IMG/VR virus record: IMGVR_UViG_3300023697_000634
Strand: one strand, 5' to 3'
Origin: a virus
Lineage: Duplodnaviria; Heunggongvirae; Uroviricota; Caudoviricetes
Length of the DNA stretch: 64,000 nucleotides
Shown: positions 18,505 to 28,060 of the stretch, in pieces
How the letters are laid out: every line of letters begins with the position of its first letter
Numbering within the stretch: the first letter of the stretch is position 1
Program-made: the position numbers and the translations under genes
The notes under the pieces: model-generated
What the model was told of the DNA's origin: nothing
The model's database searches: none
Seen by the model: the letters and a program-made list of their open reading frames with translations, nothing else

Positions 18505-18837
18505 ATGAAAATGTGGCATTCTAAATTTATGGCTTGGATTGAGCAAAAATTGATTGACATCACAACCAAGCTCTACATCAAGCGTAGAGAAGTACTCCCA
18601 CCAGCCGTTGAACAAACAGCTCCTACCATGGACCCAACTCCAGCAGTAGAGCCAGTTGTTAAGAAGCGTACGTTTGTTAAGCGCACTGAGCCAAAGATCA
18701 CCAAGGCTACTCCTACAAAGAAGACAGCTGTCAAGGCTCCAAAACAACCAGCTGCTAAGAAGCCAGCTACCAAGAAAGCAACTGCAAAGCCAGTTGCTAA
18801 AAAGCCAACAACTAAAACTCGCAAGGCAGCAAAATAA
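18505..18837 (+). CDS. histone H1-like Lys/Ala/Pro-rich DNA-binding protein candidate
   Basis: C-terminal PTKKTAVKAPKQPAAKKPATKKATAKPVAKKPTTKTRKAAK. RBS AAGGA. Confidence 0.45.
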   Translation: MKMWHSKFMAWIEQKLIDITTKLYIKRREVLPPAVEQTAPTMDPTPAVEPVVKKRTFVKRTEPKITKATPTKKTAVKAPKQPAAKKPATKKATAKPVAKKPTTKTRKAAK

Positions 18838-19155
18838 ATGCCAATGTATACGTTTAGAGATACGAAGACGAACGAGATCTTCGATATCTTTCTAAGCCTA
18901 CGTGAGTATGACCTTTATAAAGAGGAACATCCAGAGCACGAGCGGTACTTTGATGCTGCCAGTGCTCCCTCGGTGGTGTCGGGTGTTTCTGTGACTAATA
19001 AGACCTCTGATGGATTCAAGGAGGTCTTATCAAAGATCTCTGAGGCCCATCCTGGGTCCGACTTAGCTGAAAATCATGGACGTAAGTCGATCAAGCAAGT
19101 TCAGACTGAACGAGCTGTTCGCAAGTGGAAGAGCACTACTGGAGGACTAACGTAA
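18838..19155 (+). CDS. hypothetical protein
   Basis: ORF of 105 aa. Confidence 0.35.
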   Translation: MPMYTFRDTKTNEIFDIFLSLREYDLYKEEHPEHERYFDAASAPSVVSGVSVTNKTSDGFKEVLSKISEAHPGSDLAENHGRKSIKQVQTERAVRKWKSTTGGLT

Positions 19156-19169
19156 CACAGGGAGATTCA

Positions 19170-19973
19170 ATGGCGACCAAAAGATCGAATAACAATTTGC
19201 AGGTAGTGTCATCGTATGATGATTATGACGCAAAGCCACACAAAGATAACAAGCGTAGTGAGAACCACGGGCACAATGCGCTGAAGATCAAACTCGATCA
19301 CTTAAACACATTTGATCCGTTAACTGAGAATCAACGGATATTTTATGATGCATATAAGAGAGGAGACTATTTCGTTGCCTTGCACGGAGTAGCTGGTACT
19401 GGTAAGACATTCATTGCTTTGTATAAGGCATTGGAAGAGGTACTTGATAAGTCTAATCCATTTAAGAAAATCATCATTGTACGCTCTGCAGTACAGTCTC
19501 GTGAAATGGGACATCTGCCAGGTGACGTTGATGAGAAGATGGAGATCTATCAACAACCATATGTACAAATTTGTGAAACCCTATTCGACCGAAAGGACGC
19601 CTACCAAAGATTATCCGAACAAGGATACATCGAATTCATTTCCACTTCATTCATTAGAGGTATGTCATTTGATGATGCTATTATCATTGTCGATGAAATG
19701 CAAAACCTTAACTTCGAAGAAATTGACACAGTTATGACTCGTGTTGGTTATCGCTCCAAGATTATTTGGTGTGGTGACTACAGACAAACAGACTTGAAAA
19801 AGAACACCGACAAGTCTGGTCTCTTGAAATTCTTTGAAGTAGCTAATAGAATGAATGCATTCACTAAGATCGAATTCAAAGTGGAAGATATCGTGAGAAG
19901 CTCGCTCGTGCGAGAATACATTTTGGCTAAACTAGATTATGAAGACACAACAGGGAAGTCCCTTTCATCGTGA
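19170..19973 (+). CDS. phoH: PhoH-like ATPase
   Basis: Walker A VALHGVAGTGKTF, and PhoH blocks IIIVRSAVQS and GHLPGDVDEKM. Start set at MATKR (the track ORF starts 45 nt earlier). Confidence 0.8.
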   Translation: MATKRSNNNLQVVSSYDDYDAKPHKDNKRSENHGHNALKIKLDHLNTFDPLTENQRIFYDAYKRGDYFVALHGVAGTGKTFIALYKALEEVLDKSNPFKKIIIVRSAVQSREMGHLPGDVDEKMEIYQQPYVQICETLFDRKDAYQRLSEQGYIEFISTSFIRGMSFDDAIIIVDEMQNLNFEEIDTVMTRVGYRSKIIWCGDYRQTDLKKNTDKSGLLKFFEVANRMNAFTKIEFKVEDIVRSSLVREYILAKLDYEDTTGKSLSS

Positions 19974-20661
19974 AGAGCTAGACGTCATCGATCTTGATAC
20001 TGTCTCGATCGATGGCAAGCGTTATTATAAAACACCAGACGGGAGCATCTACCCGTCTGTCACCACAGTGACCTCTTCTTTCAAGAAAGATTACATCGAA
20101 GCTTGGAAGAAGAGAGTGGGCGAAGAAGAGGCCGCAAAGGTCTCTCGTCGTGCATCAGCACGAGGTACTGACCTCCATACTATATGTGAAAAGTACACAT
20201 TGAACGATCCACACTATACACGTGGAATGATGCCAAACATTATTGAACTGTTCACCAAGATTAGACCCATCATTGATGAGAACGTAGGAACGATCTATGC
20301 AAATGAGATTGCCCTATTCTCACATGAGTTGAAGACTGCTGGTCGAACTGATATGTTTTGTCAGTTTCAAGGGATCAACACGATCGTTGACTTTAAGACA
20401 TCATCGCGCGTGAAGAAGGAAGAGGACATCGAAGACTACTTCATTCAAGCAACAACATATGCAATGATGTTGGAGGAGATGTTCGAACACAAAATCGTCG
20501 TACCGCAATTGGCGATTGTAATGACAGTTGCTGATCATGGTGAGCCTGGTTTATTGTTCGTCAAACAAACATACCCATATCGTTCTAAAGTACGCAAGCT
20601 ATTCAACGAGTACCATGAGAACAACCCAATGCCAAATTACAACAACCTGTTGACAGAATAA
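19939..20661 (+). CDS. PD-(D/E)XK nuclease, RecB/Cas4-like fold
   Basis: GRTD ... TIVDFKTSS (D ... D/ExK) and a C-terminal QATTY (QxxxY) motif. No Cys cluster. Confidence 0.45.
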   Translation: MKTQQGSPFHREELDVIDLDTVSIDGKRYYKTPDGSIYPSVTTVTSSFKKDYIEAWKKRVGEEEAAKVSRRASARGTDLHTICEKYTLNDPHYTRGMMPNIIELFTKIRPIIDENVGTIYANEIALFSHELKTAGRTDMFCQFQGINTIVDFKTSSRVKKEEDIEDYFIQATTYAMMLEEMFEHKIVVPQLAIVMTVADHGEPGLLFVKQTYPYRSKVRKLFNEYHENNPMPNYNNLLTE

Positions 20662-20729
20662 TTTGGACAAAGTATAGTGGTGGTTATCCTTAGTTGGATA
20701 TTTTGAAACTTTTATTATGAAGGAATGAG

Positions 20730-20897
20730 CATGTCAACTACAGTTGCTAAGAGTGAGAAGAAAGCCAAAGCATTTGAAATCTTTGAAGCAAACAAAGAGA
20801 AGAAGTCTAGCGATATCGCACGACTGATTCAAGCAGAGCTTGGCATTACGCTCGCCAACGCACAGTACTACGTTACACGCGTTTTCAAGAAGTGATG
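20730..20897 (+). CDS. small HTH-like protein (55 aa) sharing a domain with the C-terminus of the 25520-26053 product
   Basis: KAKAFEIFEANKEKKSSDIARLIQAELGITLANAQYYVTRVF versus KTQALEIFNRETGKGLTNSVIAQTIATELDITLSNAQYYVNRVF. RBS present. A terminator follows. Confidence 0.4.
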
Positions 20898-20928
20898 AGA
20901 AGGTCCGGTGAAAGCCGGACCATTTTTT
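20897..20928 (+). terminator. Rho-independent terminator
   Basis: GGTCCGGTGAAAGCCGGACC hairpin followed by ATTTTTTAT. Confidence 0.55.
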
Positions 20929-21141
20929 ATGAAGATTGTACTAGAATACAACATCCCCGAAGACCAATATGAAATTTGGTGTGCATATAATGCACAACAC
21001 CTCCACAACACAATTACAGAGATCGAACAACGGTTGCGTGAAGTGCGTAAGTATAGCGCCGATCCCGTCAAGTCGATGAAAGCGATCGAAGACTCGATCA
21101 AAGAACTATACGCAATTGCTGGCCATCCTTTGAATGGCTGA
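20908..21141 (+). CDS. hypothetical protein
   Basis: ORF of 77 aa. Confidence 0.3.
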   Translation: MKAGPFFMKIVLEYNIPEDQYEIWCAYNAQHLHNTITEIEQRLREVRKYSADPVKSMKAIEDSIKELYAIAGHPLNG

Positions 21142-21152
21142 GGAAGAATGCT

Positions 21153-21437
21153 ATGAGCTACGCATCCATTGAAAAAACAATAACAGTCGATATTGACGCT
21201 GACGATATCACTGAGATTAATGAACATGGTGAGATATCTAAAGATGTGTATGCCGATATCGACCTATGTGACTTTGATGATGATGATATTCGTACTGAAT
21301 ACTTCGAGCGGTTTGATACTGCTATCGAAGAGAGTGATTGGAAACAATTATACGAACAACGTCGATCGTTGCCTGTTGAGGACTTTTTGAAGATCATCGA
21401 TAATATCATTATGAACAACACAGGTCGAATCTTATGA
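21153..21437 (+). CDS. acidic hypothetical protein
   Basis: D/E-rich 94-aa ORF. Confidence 0.3.
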   Translation: MSYASIEKTITVDIDADDITEINEHGEISKDVYADIDLCDFDDDDIRTEYFERFDTAIEESDWKQLYEQRRSLPVEDFLKIIDNIIMNNTGRIL

Positions 21438-22588
21438 GCTATAGTTATAGCGACGTCCCGTCAGTCCTAAGACGATTGATGGGCAGAAGTGGTCGCCGGC
21501 GGTCGCGCTCGACCATAGCTAGACGCAATCGACAGCGAGTGCTCAAAAAATGGTCTTGGGATGTAAACGACATGGATAAGAGAAAAATGGAACAAAGTAG
21601 TAAAGACGTCTTCTTGGGCGCATCAGATGTATCAGACTTTATCGTCAGCGAATTGCATTTCCTGCGCAATGAAGAAAAGCTCGAGACATACCACCGTGAA
21701 GTGACGGTACTTGCTCACCGCACTGAGTGGGCAGCATTCATGTTGTCGGGTGATCGTGTTTACCGCATCGTTCAAATGTCTGGCACTAGTGGCATCTTGG
21801 TCGACGATCAGAACATTTCGTGGATCTCATACGACATCCAATCGGCATCCATTGTTCTTCGTTTGAATGGTGACAAGAAACGCGTGCTTGAATGGTACGA
21901 TGCAATCGTTGAACAATTCGAGGAAGTGACTAACACAATCGAGTGGATGTATAGCACTGATGGTCAAAGCATCGAAGTGCCGATCCGTGGCGACCGTAAG
22001 CCAATCGAAGAGATGTATCCGTTCCTCGGCGATCGCTCGTTGCCTGAGTACTACTCAGACTTCTTGGAGTCTTCTGCATCGATCTTGTTGTTGATCGGGC
22101 CTCCAGGTACTGGTAAGACTACGTTCATTCGTGGTCTGTTGCAGCACGCAGATACAAGCGCAATGGTGACGTATGATGCTGGCATCCTGGCAAAGGATTA
22201 TATCTTTGCCCAGTTCATCGAGGGTGATAAGAACATCATGGTGATTGAGGATGCTGATAACTTCTTGGGTGCTCGTTCAGATGGCAACGACATGATGCAT
22301 AAGTTCTTGAATGTCGGTGATGGTTTGGTTACTACCAAGGGCAAGAAGTTGATCTTCTCTACTAACTTGCCATCTATCAAAGACGTCGATTCAGCGCTGA
22401 TTCGTCCAGGTCGTTGTTTCGACATCTTGCACTTCGGCCAACTCAATGAAGCACAAGCACAAAAGCTCGCTGATAAGTTGGAAGTCAAGCTCGAAATCAA
22501 AGACGATGGTAAGTACAGCGTCGCTGACATCTTCCATAAGCAAGTGGAAGCTCCTAAGGCTCCTAAGCGTAAATTAGGGTTCGTATGA
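21434..22588 (+). CDS. classic-clade AAA+ ATPase with N-terminal unknown domain
   Basis: Walker A LLLIGPPGTGKTTF, Walker B IMVIEDADNF and a second region of homology SALIRPGRCFDIL. Confidence 0.65.
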   Translation: MSYSYSDVPSVLRRLMGRSGRRRSRSTIARRNRQRVLKKWSWDVNDMDKRKMEQSSKDVFLGASDVSDFIVSELHFLRNEEKLETYHREVTVLAHRTEWAAFMLSGDRVYRIVQMSGTSGILVDDQNISWISYDIQSASIVLRLNGDKKRVLEWYDAIVEQFEEVTNTIEWMYSTDGQSIEVPIRGDRKPIEEMYPFLGDRSLPEYYSDFLESSASILLLIGPPGTGKTTFIRGLLQHADTSAMVTYDAGILAKDYIFAQFIEGDKNIMVIEDADNFLGARSDGNDMMHKFLNVGDGLVTTKGKKLIFSTNLPSIKDVDSALIRPGRCFDILHFGQLNEAQAQKLADKLEVKLEIKDDGKYSVADIFHKQVEAPKAPKRKLGFV

Positions 22589-22752
22589 TTAGCGCGACTG
22601 GCTGGACAATCATCCTCCAAGAGGATGCTGACGGCGAATTGATTCTTCCGCTCCCTCCTGAGTTGCTCGAGCAAACGGGATGGGTTGAGGGTGATACTAT
22701 TATTTGGAATTTGCAGGAAGATGGAAGCGTCTTCTTGTCTAAAAAGCAATGA
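22585..22752 (+). CDS. AbrB/MazE-like swapped-hairpin small protein (55 aa)
   Basis: GELILPLPPELLEQTGWVEGDTIIW resembles the SpoVT/AbrB antitoxin-type DNA-binding fold. ATGA overlap with the AAA gene. Confidence 0.35.
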   Translation: MISATGWTIILQEDADGELILPLPPELLEQTGWVEGDTIIWNLQEDGSVFLSKKQ

Positions 22753-22958
22753 CAGAAGATATTTTGAAGCAGGTGTTTGATGTGATCAAACAAGCTCGCT
22801 GCAATAAGTCCGTATACACTACACATGATCAAAGCATCATGCTCAGTGTCAAGGAAGAATTACTCAGCACGCTAAAACAAAAATGGCCGCAAGAAGCGGC
22901 CAAATTAGATACTAGTGTGAGCTCGCTGACTATCAGTGGTCGCCCAACCAGCTCTTAA
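22749..22958 (+). CDS. hypothetical protein
   Basis: ORF of 69 aa. Confidence 0.3.
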   Translation: MTEDILKQVFDVIKQARCNKSVYTTHDQSIMLSVKEELLSTLKQKWPQEAAKLDTSVSSLTISGRPTSS

Positions 22959-23256
22959 AAGACTTCAACGGAGTTACTTCTTCGTTGGTCTTTTTCTTCT
23001 TGGACTTGTCGTTGCTGTGGATCCAAGAAGAAAATGCCTTTGTGCGGCCCCACTTATTACCTTGAGGTAATTTGGTTTTAGTACGAGTTTCTTGTCCAGT
23101 ATTCTTGTTGATAGACCAATGCAATCCCTTTGCATTCTTGTGGCCTTCTTGAGACATCGCAATTTGTAGCTTTTCAGCATGGGTGTGCTTGTGGCCTTGG
23201 AAATTCGACTTTCCAGCCATAGTCTTTGAGATCTTTTTGCGTGTTGCTAAATCCAT
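22933..23256 (-). CDS. NUMOD3-repeat DNA-binding protein, likely remnant of a homing endonuclease
   Basis: Minus strand in a plus-strand region. RKKISKTMAGKS and HKHTHAEKLQIAMSQEGHK match the NUMOD3 pattern H-T-x-E-x-K-x-K-I-S-x-x-x-x-G-K. No GIY-YIG or HNH catalytic domain. Confidence 0.45.
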   Translation of the reverse strand: MDLATRKKISKTMAGKSNFQGHKHTHAEKLQIAMSQEGHKNAKGLHWSINKNTGQETRTKTKLPQGNKWGRTKAFSSWIHSNDKSKKKKTNEEVTPLKSFKSWLGDH

Positions 23257-23310
23257 TGTATTTGTCCAATAGTTGTTGTCAGTTATCCTATATTTAGTAT
23301 AATTCAGACT

Positions 23311-24057
23311 ATGGAAATTGCATCATCATTACTTCAAGCAGCTTTTGCCACACTCGCGGCTACTACTGTAACTGTAACGGATACTGATTCATATCAGTTT
23401 AATCCTAGCATGTCGCAGGTCGAGGGGTGTAAACGAGCAGAAGAAAAGACCAAAGTCCGCCTAATCCAGAAGGTATATGGTCAGGATTTTGGATCTGATT
23501 CTACAATGACCTGTCGGGAAACTGATAAGCATCAGTGCTCATCTTTAACTAATATGTATGAGAATTCGCGTGGATATATCCAAGCGATCAAATCGCGCAC
23601 AGAAAAGGTTGAGGGTTGGACATGTACAGTCAGCATCACTGCAGAAGTCAATGTAATTAAGAAAACCAAATCGAACATCGATGCATCAGCACAACTCGAT
23701 CGTGTTGTGTACTTGCCGACAGATGCGGCAGATATTACAGTGAAGACCAACACCAAGGGATTGGTTAGTGTATTCCAGTATGATCCAGTCGAAGATGTAG
23801 TAACTAAGGTATTCCCAGCAGGTCGAGGAGGCCGCACATGGACATACTTTGACCAGCCGCTCAACGTCCGGGTGTCGTTGCAAGGTCTGCAAGAGCGGGA
23901 CATGCCATATTACTTCTTTATCACCGTCACCGATGTACCCATCGACATGCTAGACCAATATCGTTTGCACAATTTCTACCAGATGTGGGATAATCAGCCA
24001 AACAAAGACAAATCTCTTGTTCGTAAATCGTTTAACATTGCTAGGAGCAAACTGTGA
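23311..24057 (+). CDS. hypothetical protein, possibly secreted
   Basis: Hydrophobic N-terminus and conserved Cys. 248 aa. Confidence 0.4.
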   Translation: MEIASSLLQAAFATLAATTVTVTDTDSYQFNPSMSQVEGCKRAEEKTKVRLIQKVYGQDFGSDSTMTCRETDKHQCSSLTNMYENSRGYIQAIKSRTEKVEGWTCTVSITAEVNVIKKTKSNIDASAQLDRVVYLPTDAADITVKTNTKGLVSVFQYDPVEDVVTKVFPAGRGGRTWTYFDQPLNVRVSLQGLQERDMPYYFFITVTDVPIDMLDQYRLHNFYQMWDNQPNKDKSLVRKSFNIARSKL

Positions 24058-24746
24058 AGAAAATTTTATCATGCCTCGCCCTGATCGCATTAGTCGGTTG
24101 TTCATCGACTGGTGTTAAAATTGCAGAAGGCAATAAGACAATCGAAACTACCAAACCACCGACAGTCGACATGCCAGCGTGGTATCTCGAAGTGCCTCGT
24201 GAGGATGGTGCGATCTATGCAACAGCGACTGAGACATCCACAGACTTGCAGTTCAGCATTGATCGTGCACTGATGTCCGCTAAGCGCGAGATTGCATTCA
24301 AGCTCGAGAATGAAGTTTCTCAAAAGTTCCGCGACTACACTGCTGAGACTGGCAGCGGCGAATCAGAAACAATCACCAAAGACACGGAGCGCCTGACAAT
24401 TTCCAATTCGAAGTTCGTCAACCTCGTTGGCGTCGAACGTATGCGTACTCATGTTGTACGTGAGGGTAACCGCTACCGTGCATTCGTGATGGTTCGTTAT
24501 GGTCTGGACGCGTCTAACCGCATCCATGCAAACTACATGGCCAAGCATCGCCAACGTGATGCCCGCGAGCGTCTGGACAAATTTGAGGAAGAACTGAAAT
24601 CCGAAAAGAATGGAACCCAGCCTACTAAGACCGATACCAGCACGACGCTGCTTGGTCCTCAGATCCAAGACACAGCTGTGCGATCGCAAGTGCAGCGTGT
24701 GTATAACGATCCTAATGCTGTTGTAATTCGTGATACGGTGCGCTAA
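24054..24746 (+). CDS. lipoprotein
   Basis: MKKILSCLALIALVGCSS lipobox. Confidence 0.45.
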   Translation: MKKILSCLALIALVGCSSTGVKIAEGNKTIETTKPPTVDMPAWYLEVPREDGAIYATATETSTDLQFSIDRALMSAKREIAFKLENEVSQKFRDYTAETGSGESETITKDTERLTISNSKFVNLVGVERMRTHVVREGNRYRAFVMVRYGLDASNRIHANYMAKHRQRDARERLDKFEEELKSEKNGTQPTKTDTSTTLLGPQIQDTAVRSQVQRVYNDPNAVVIRDTVR

Positions 24747-25023
24747 TGGTTAAAGAGTTTCATTTTTACTTAGACGCATGGTGGTACTGCAAAGAGCATC
24801 GCATTCGAACCAACCTGATCCAGCGCTACGACTGGCGTAGATGGATCGTGGTAGTTCCAAAGAAACGAAAGAAGCCAAATGCAAAGCGGGTTTGAAGACT
24901 GGGCACGCACATGCATTAATGAGCTAGTCATCAACACCAACTTGTCGACTAGCCAAATTCGTGAATTGTTTTTGAACGCCTTTCCAGAATATGATTATGT
25001 GATGGAAGAGGCTTTGATGGAGA

Positions 25024-25479
25024 GTGGACATGCTTTGGGAAATTAAGACCGCTGAAAAGAAGAATGCATTTCAACGTACATACTTCGACGTCCCTGCTGG
25101 ACAGCCTGGTGCGGGCAAGCGATTCGCTATGGACGAGTGGTATCGCTGGGGATGGTGTACTGTGCGGACCGACGTGGAGCCAAAGGCAGACGGCGACGAT
25201 CCGCATGAGAATCCACTCGATCTAGGCGACTTCGAACTCGAAGACAATAACATGGATGATGGTTGTTCTCTGTCGTTTGATTTTCCAGAGTCGGAGAATT
25301 GGACTGAAGAAGAGATTGAATACATCGAGCGTTTGTGGGAACAAGATGGTTGGCTTGCGTTCGAGGAGAATGGTATCGAAGCTGGTGACTGTGATATCCA
25401 CTACTACGGACCACTCGAAGTGACGTGCATCGACGCGACGCCAGAAAAACCAAAAGCCAAAGGCACTTGGCCATTCTAA
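25024..25479 (+). CDS. acidic Trp-rich hypothetical protein
   Basis: ORF of 151 aa. Confidence 0.35.
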   Translation: MDMLWEIKTAEKKNAFQRTYFDVPAGQPGAGKRFAMDEWYRWGWCTVRTDVEPKADGDDPHENPLDLGDFELEDNNMDDGCSLSFDFPESENWTEEEIEYIERLWEQDGWLAFEENGIEAGDCDIHYYGPLEVTCIDATPEKPKAKGTWPF

Positions 25480-25496
25480 GTTTTTGTTGTATAATC
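25470..25496 (+). promoter_or_regulatory. extended -10 promoter TGTTGTATAAT
   Basis: TTTTTGTTGTATAATCG occurs 25 nt upstream of the RBS of the next gene. The same motif recurs at 27385-27413 and 34480-34503. Confidence 0.4.
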
Positions 25497-25519
25497 GTCG
25501 GATTGAATAAGGAGAAACA

Positions 25520-26053
25520 ATGATCGATGCAGTTTATGTTCTTGAGAAAATGGGCCTCAAGCCTGGGATGTCAGTGTCTCGTGCAATCACATCGGTTGGC
25601 GTGAAGATTAATGACAGCTCAGATCAGTTGAAAGCTGCAAACCGAATCATTGTTTCTCTTGGCGCAAAGCCAGTCAGCAATGCAGTAATGGCTGACATCT
25701 ACGCCAAAGCGTTGATCGAACAAGCCGTTCTTCATGGCGAAAATTATGAAGCTGAAGCTGCATCTGCAGTCGCAAGTGCAAAGTACCTCAAGATCGAGCA
25801 GACAATGCCCTACGTGCTTGCTGGTAGTGGTGAAAGTACCACGCCAGTGTATGGTACGCCAATTGCAAGTGGCACTAAGAAGCCAAAACAAACGAATGAC
25901 AAGAAGACTCAAGCTCTTGAAATCTTCAATCGCGAGACCGGTAAGGGGTTGACAAATTCTGTGATTGCGCAGACAATTGCTACTGAGTTGGATATCACAT
26001 TGTCCAACGCTCAATATTACGTCAACCGTGTCTTTGCAAGGTACTCCAAATGA
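25520..26053 (+). CDS. hypothetical protein with C-terminal HTH-like domain shared with the 20730-20897 product
   Basis: C-terminal ALEIFNRETGKGLTNSVIAQTIATELDITLSNAQYYVNRVF. Confidence 0.4.
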   Translation: MIDAVYVLEKMGLKPGMSVSRAITSVGVKINDSSDQLKAANRIIVSLGAKPVSNAVMADIYAKALIEQAVLHGENYEAEAASAVASAKYLKIEQTMPYVLAGSGESTTPVYGTPIASGTKKPKQTNDKKTQALEIFNRETGKGLTNSVIAQTIATELDITLSNAQYYVNRVFARYSK

Positions 26054-27390
26054 AAATTCTCGACATCCTCAACACACTCGCTTCAGACAACGGTCGCAAT
26101 TTCAAGATCGATTACTTGACGAAGCATAAGGACAACCTCCTGCTCACTCAAGTGGTGTTCTTGGCACTCGATACATACACACAATTTTTCATTCGCAAGA
26201 TCCCTGCATACACACGTGGCCCCGACACTGCGAATCTGAAGTGGGCTCTTGATAAACTGTGTGATCTTTCTGCTCGTACAGTGACAGGCAATGCTGCAAT
26301 CGCTCATCTTGTGAAGATCTTGGAATCTCTTGAACCAGATGATGCTCAGGTAGTAGAGCGCATCATCGAGAAGGATCTGAAGTGTGGTGTGGCAGCATCC
26401 ACTGTCAATAAGGTGTGGCCTAACTTGGTCCACGAATACCCATGTATGCTTGCTAGTCCATATGAGGAAAAGCTAGTCAACAAGATTCAGTTTCCTGCAT
26501 ATGCGCAATTGAAAATGGACGGGATGCGATTCAATGCCATCGTCAAAAATGGCAAATGTGAGTTCCGCAGTCGTAATGGTAAATTGATCGACATCCCGTC
26601 CGACCTATTCCAGCAACCATTCCTCAATATGCACGAGTACTGGGGTACCGATATGGTATTCGATGGTGAGTTGCTTGTTGTTGATGTCGCTGGCAAGCCG
26701 CTCGATCGCAAGACCGGCAATGGCATCTTGAACAAAGCTGTTAAGGGTACGATGTCTGAAGAAGAAGCCGTCAGTGTTCGTGCAACATTGTGGGATGCAC
26801 TTCCTGTCGAGAACTTTGCAGTTGGTGTGTATAAAGAACAGTACATCGATCGTATCGCTAAGCTGTCCAATGCATTGTCGCATATGCGCAACCAGTCACC
26901 TTTTGGTCATTTAGTTGCGTTGGTGAACCATACAGAGGTTCATACTCCTGAAGATGCTACGCGTTTGTTCCTTCAATATCTCAAAAAAGGTGAGGAAGGA
27001 ATCATCTTGAAAGATCGCTTTGGTATTTGGGAAGATAAGCGCGCCAAGCATCAGATCAAATATAAGGGTGTGTTTGAGTGCGATTTGGTATGTGTTGGCT
27101 GGGATGAGGGCACTGGCCAGAACATGGGTCGCCTTGGTGCGTTGCAGCTGGCTTCGTCGTGTGGTAAGCTGACCGTCGGTGTTGGTACTGGCCTTACTGA
27201 AGAAGACCGAATCAATATTGGCCGCGATGTGATCGGTAAGGTCGTTGCTGTCGAATTCAACGCAATCATTGACGACAAGAAAAAGGACACTAAGTCGCTA
27301 TTTCTTCCAGTGTTTTTAGAAGTGCGTGAGGACAAGACCACTGCTGATGCGCTAGAAGACATCCAAACATTCAGTCCAAAGATGTTGTAA
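26050..27390 (+). CDS. ATP-dependent DNA ligase
   Basis: Motif I AQLKMDGMRF (KxDG), motif IV EGIILKD and motif V KYKGV. 446 aa. Confidence 0.8.
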   Translation: MKILDILNTLASDNGRNFKIDYLTKHKDNLLLTQVVFLALDTYTQFFIRKIPAYTRGPDTANLKWALDKLCDLSARTVTGNAAIAHLVKILESLEPDDAQVVERIIEKDLKCGVAASTVNKVWPNLVHEYPCMLASPYEEKLVNKIQFPAYAQLKMDGMRFNAIVKNGKCEFRSRNGKLIDIPSDLFQQPFLNMHEYWGTDMVFDGELLVVDVAGKPLDRKTGNGILNKAVKGTMSEEEAVSVRATLWDALPVENFAVGVYKEQYIDRIAKLSNALSHMRNQSPFGHLVALVNHTEVHTPEDATRLFLQYLKKGEEGIILKDRFGIWEDKRAKHQIKYKGVFECDLVCVGWDEGTGQNMGRLGALQLASSCGKLTVGVGTGLTEEDRINIGRDVIGKVVAVEFNAIIDDKKKDTKSLFLPVFLEVREDKTTADALEDIQTFSPKML

Positions 27391-27413
27391 GTTTTCGTTT
27401 TTGTGGTATAATC
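27385..27413 (+). promoter_or_regulatory. extended -10 promoter TGTGGTATAAT
   Basis: GTTTTCGTTTTTGTGGTATAATCA lies between the ligase stop and the next RBS. Confidence 0.4.
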
Positions 27414-27435
27414 ATCACATCGAAAGGAAAACACA

Positions 27436-27936
27436 ATGTCTCATACACTGTTTAAAGTCTCTGGCCCTAATACGAAACTCGTATACTATGGCTATGCAAA
27501 AACTGGAAACGAACAAGCAACGTTCATGGGTGGTTGTTTGCGTACAGACAATGAAAAGCGTGGCGATGCTCGTTTGCTCGAAGCGAATGATAATGATGCT
27601 GCGTCTTTGGAATTCACCATGCTCTGTGAGTATGAGGAAGAATTCGAAGCGTGGACTGCTCGCAACGACAATCGTGCTGCTGATGCATGTTCGATCACTG
27701 GTCCAACAATGTTTCCGATCGAAAGCGCTCGCCGTGCTGCCAAAGAGTTCCCAGAAGTACTCAGCGCTTGGAAGCTTCGCATGAAACAAAAGGAAGCGAA
27801 GACTGCGTTGGAAGCATACCAGCTTGGTGCATATACGTTCCCTCAAATCAAAGAGTTGAACGCAAAGCATGCTGGTGTGATGAAGCAAATGGAAGTACTA
27901 ACTCCGTTGGAGTTTGCGAACCTCTATGGAATTTAA
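27436..27936 (+). CDS. hypothetical protein
   Basis: ORF of 166 aa. Confidence 0.4.
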   Translation: MSHTLFKVSGPNTKLVYYGYAKTGNEQATFMGGCLRTDNEKRGDARLLEANDNDAASLEFTMLCEYEEEFEAWTARNDNRAADACSITGPTMFPIESARRAAKEFPEVLSAWKLRMKQKEAKTALEAYQLGAYTFPQIKELNAKHAGVMKQMEVLTPLEFANLYGI

Positions 27937-28060
27937 GGAGTGGTTGGCGTCGCTGCAGCCACGCAGAGAACATACGCCAGGTGAAGATCTGGCAGATTCT
28001 ATCGCATTGTTTGTGATATGTGGTCTGCTGTATTTGTGTATATTTCTATAAGGAATCTGT

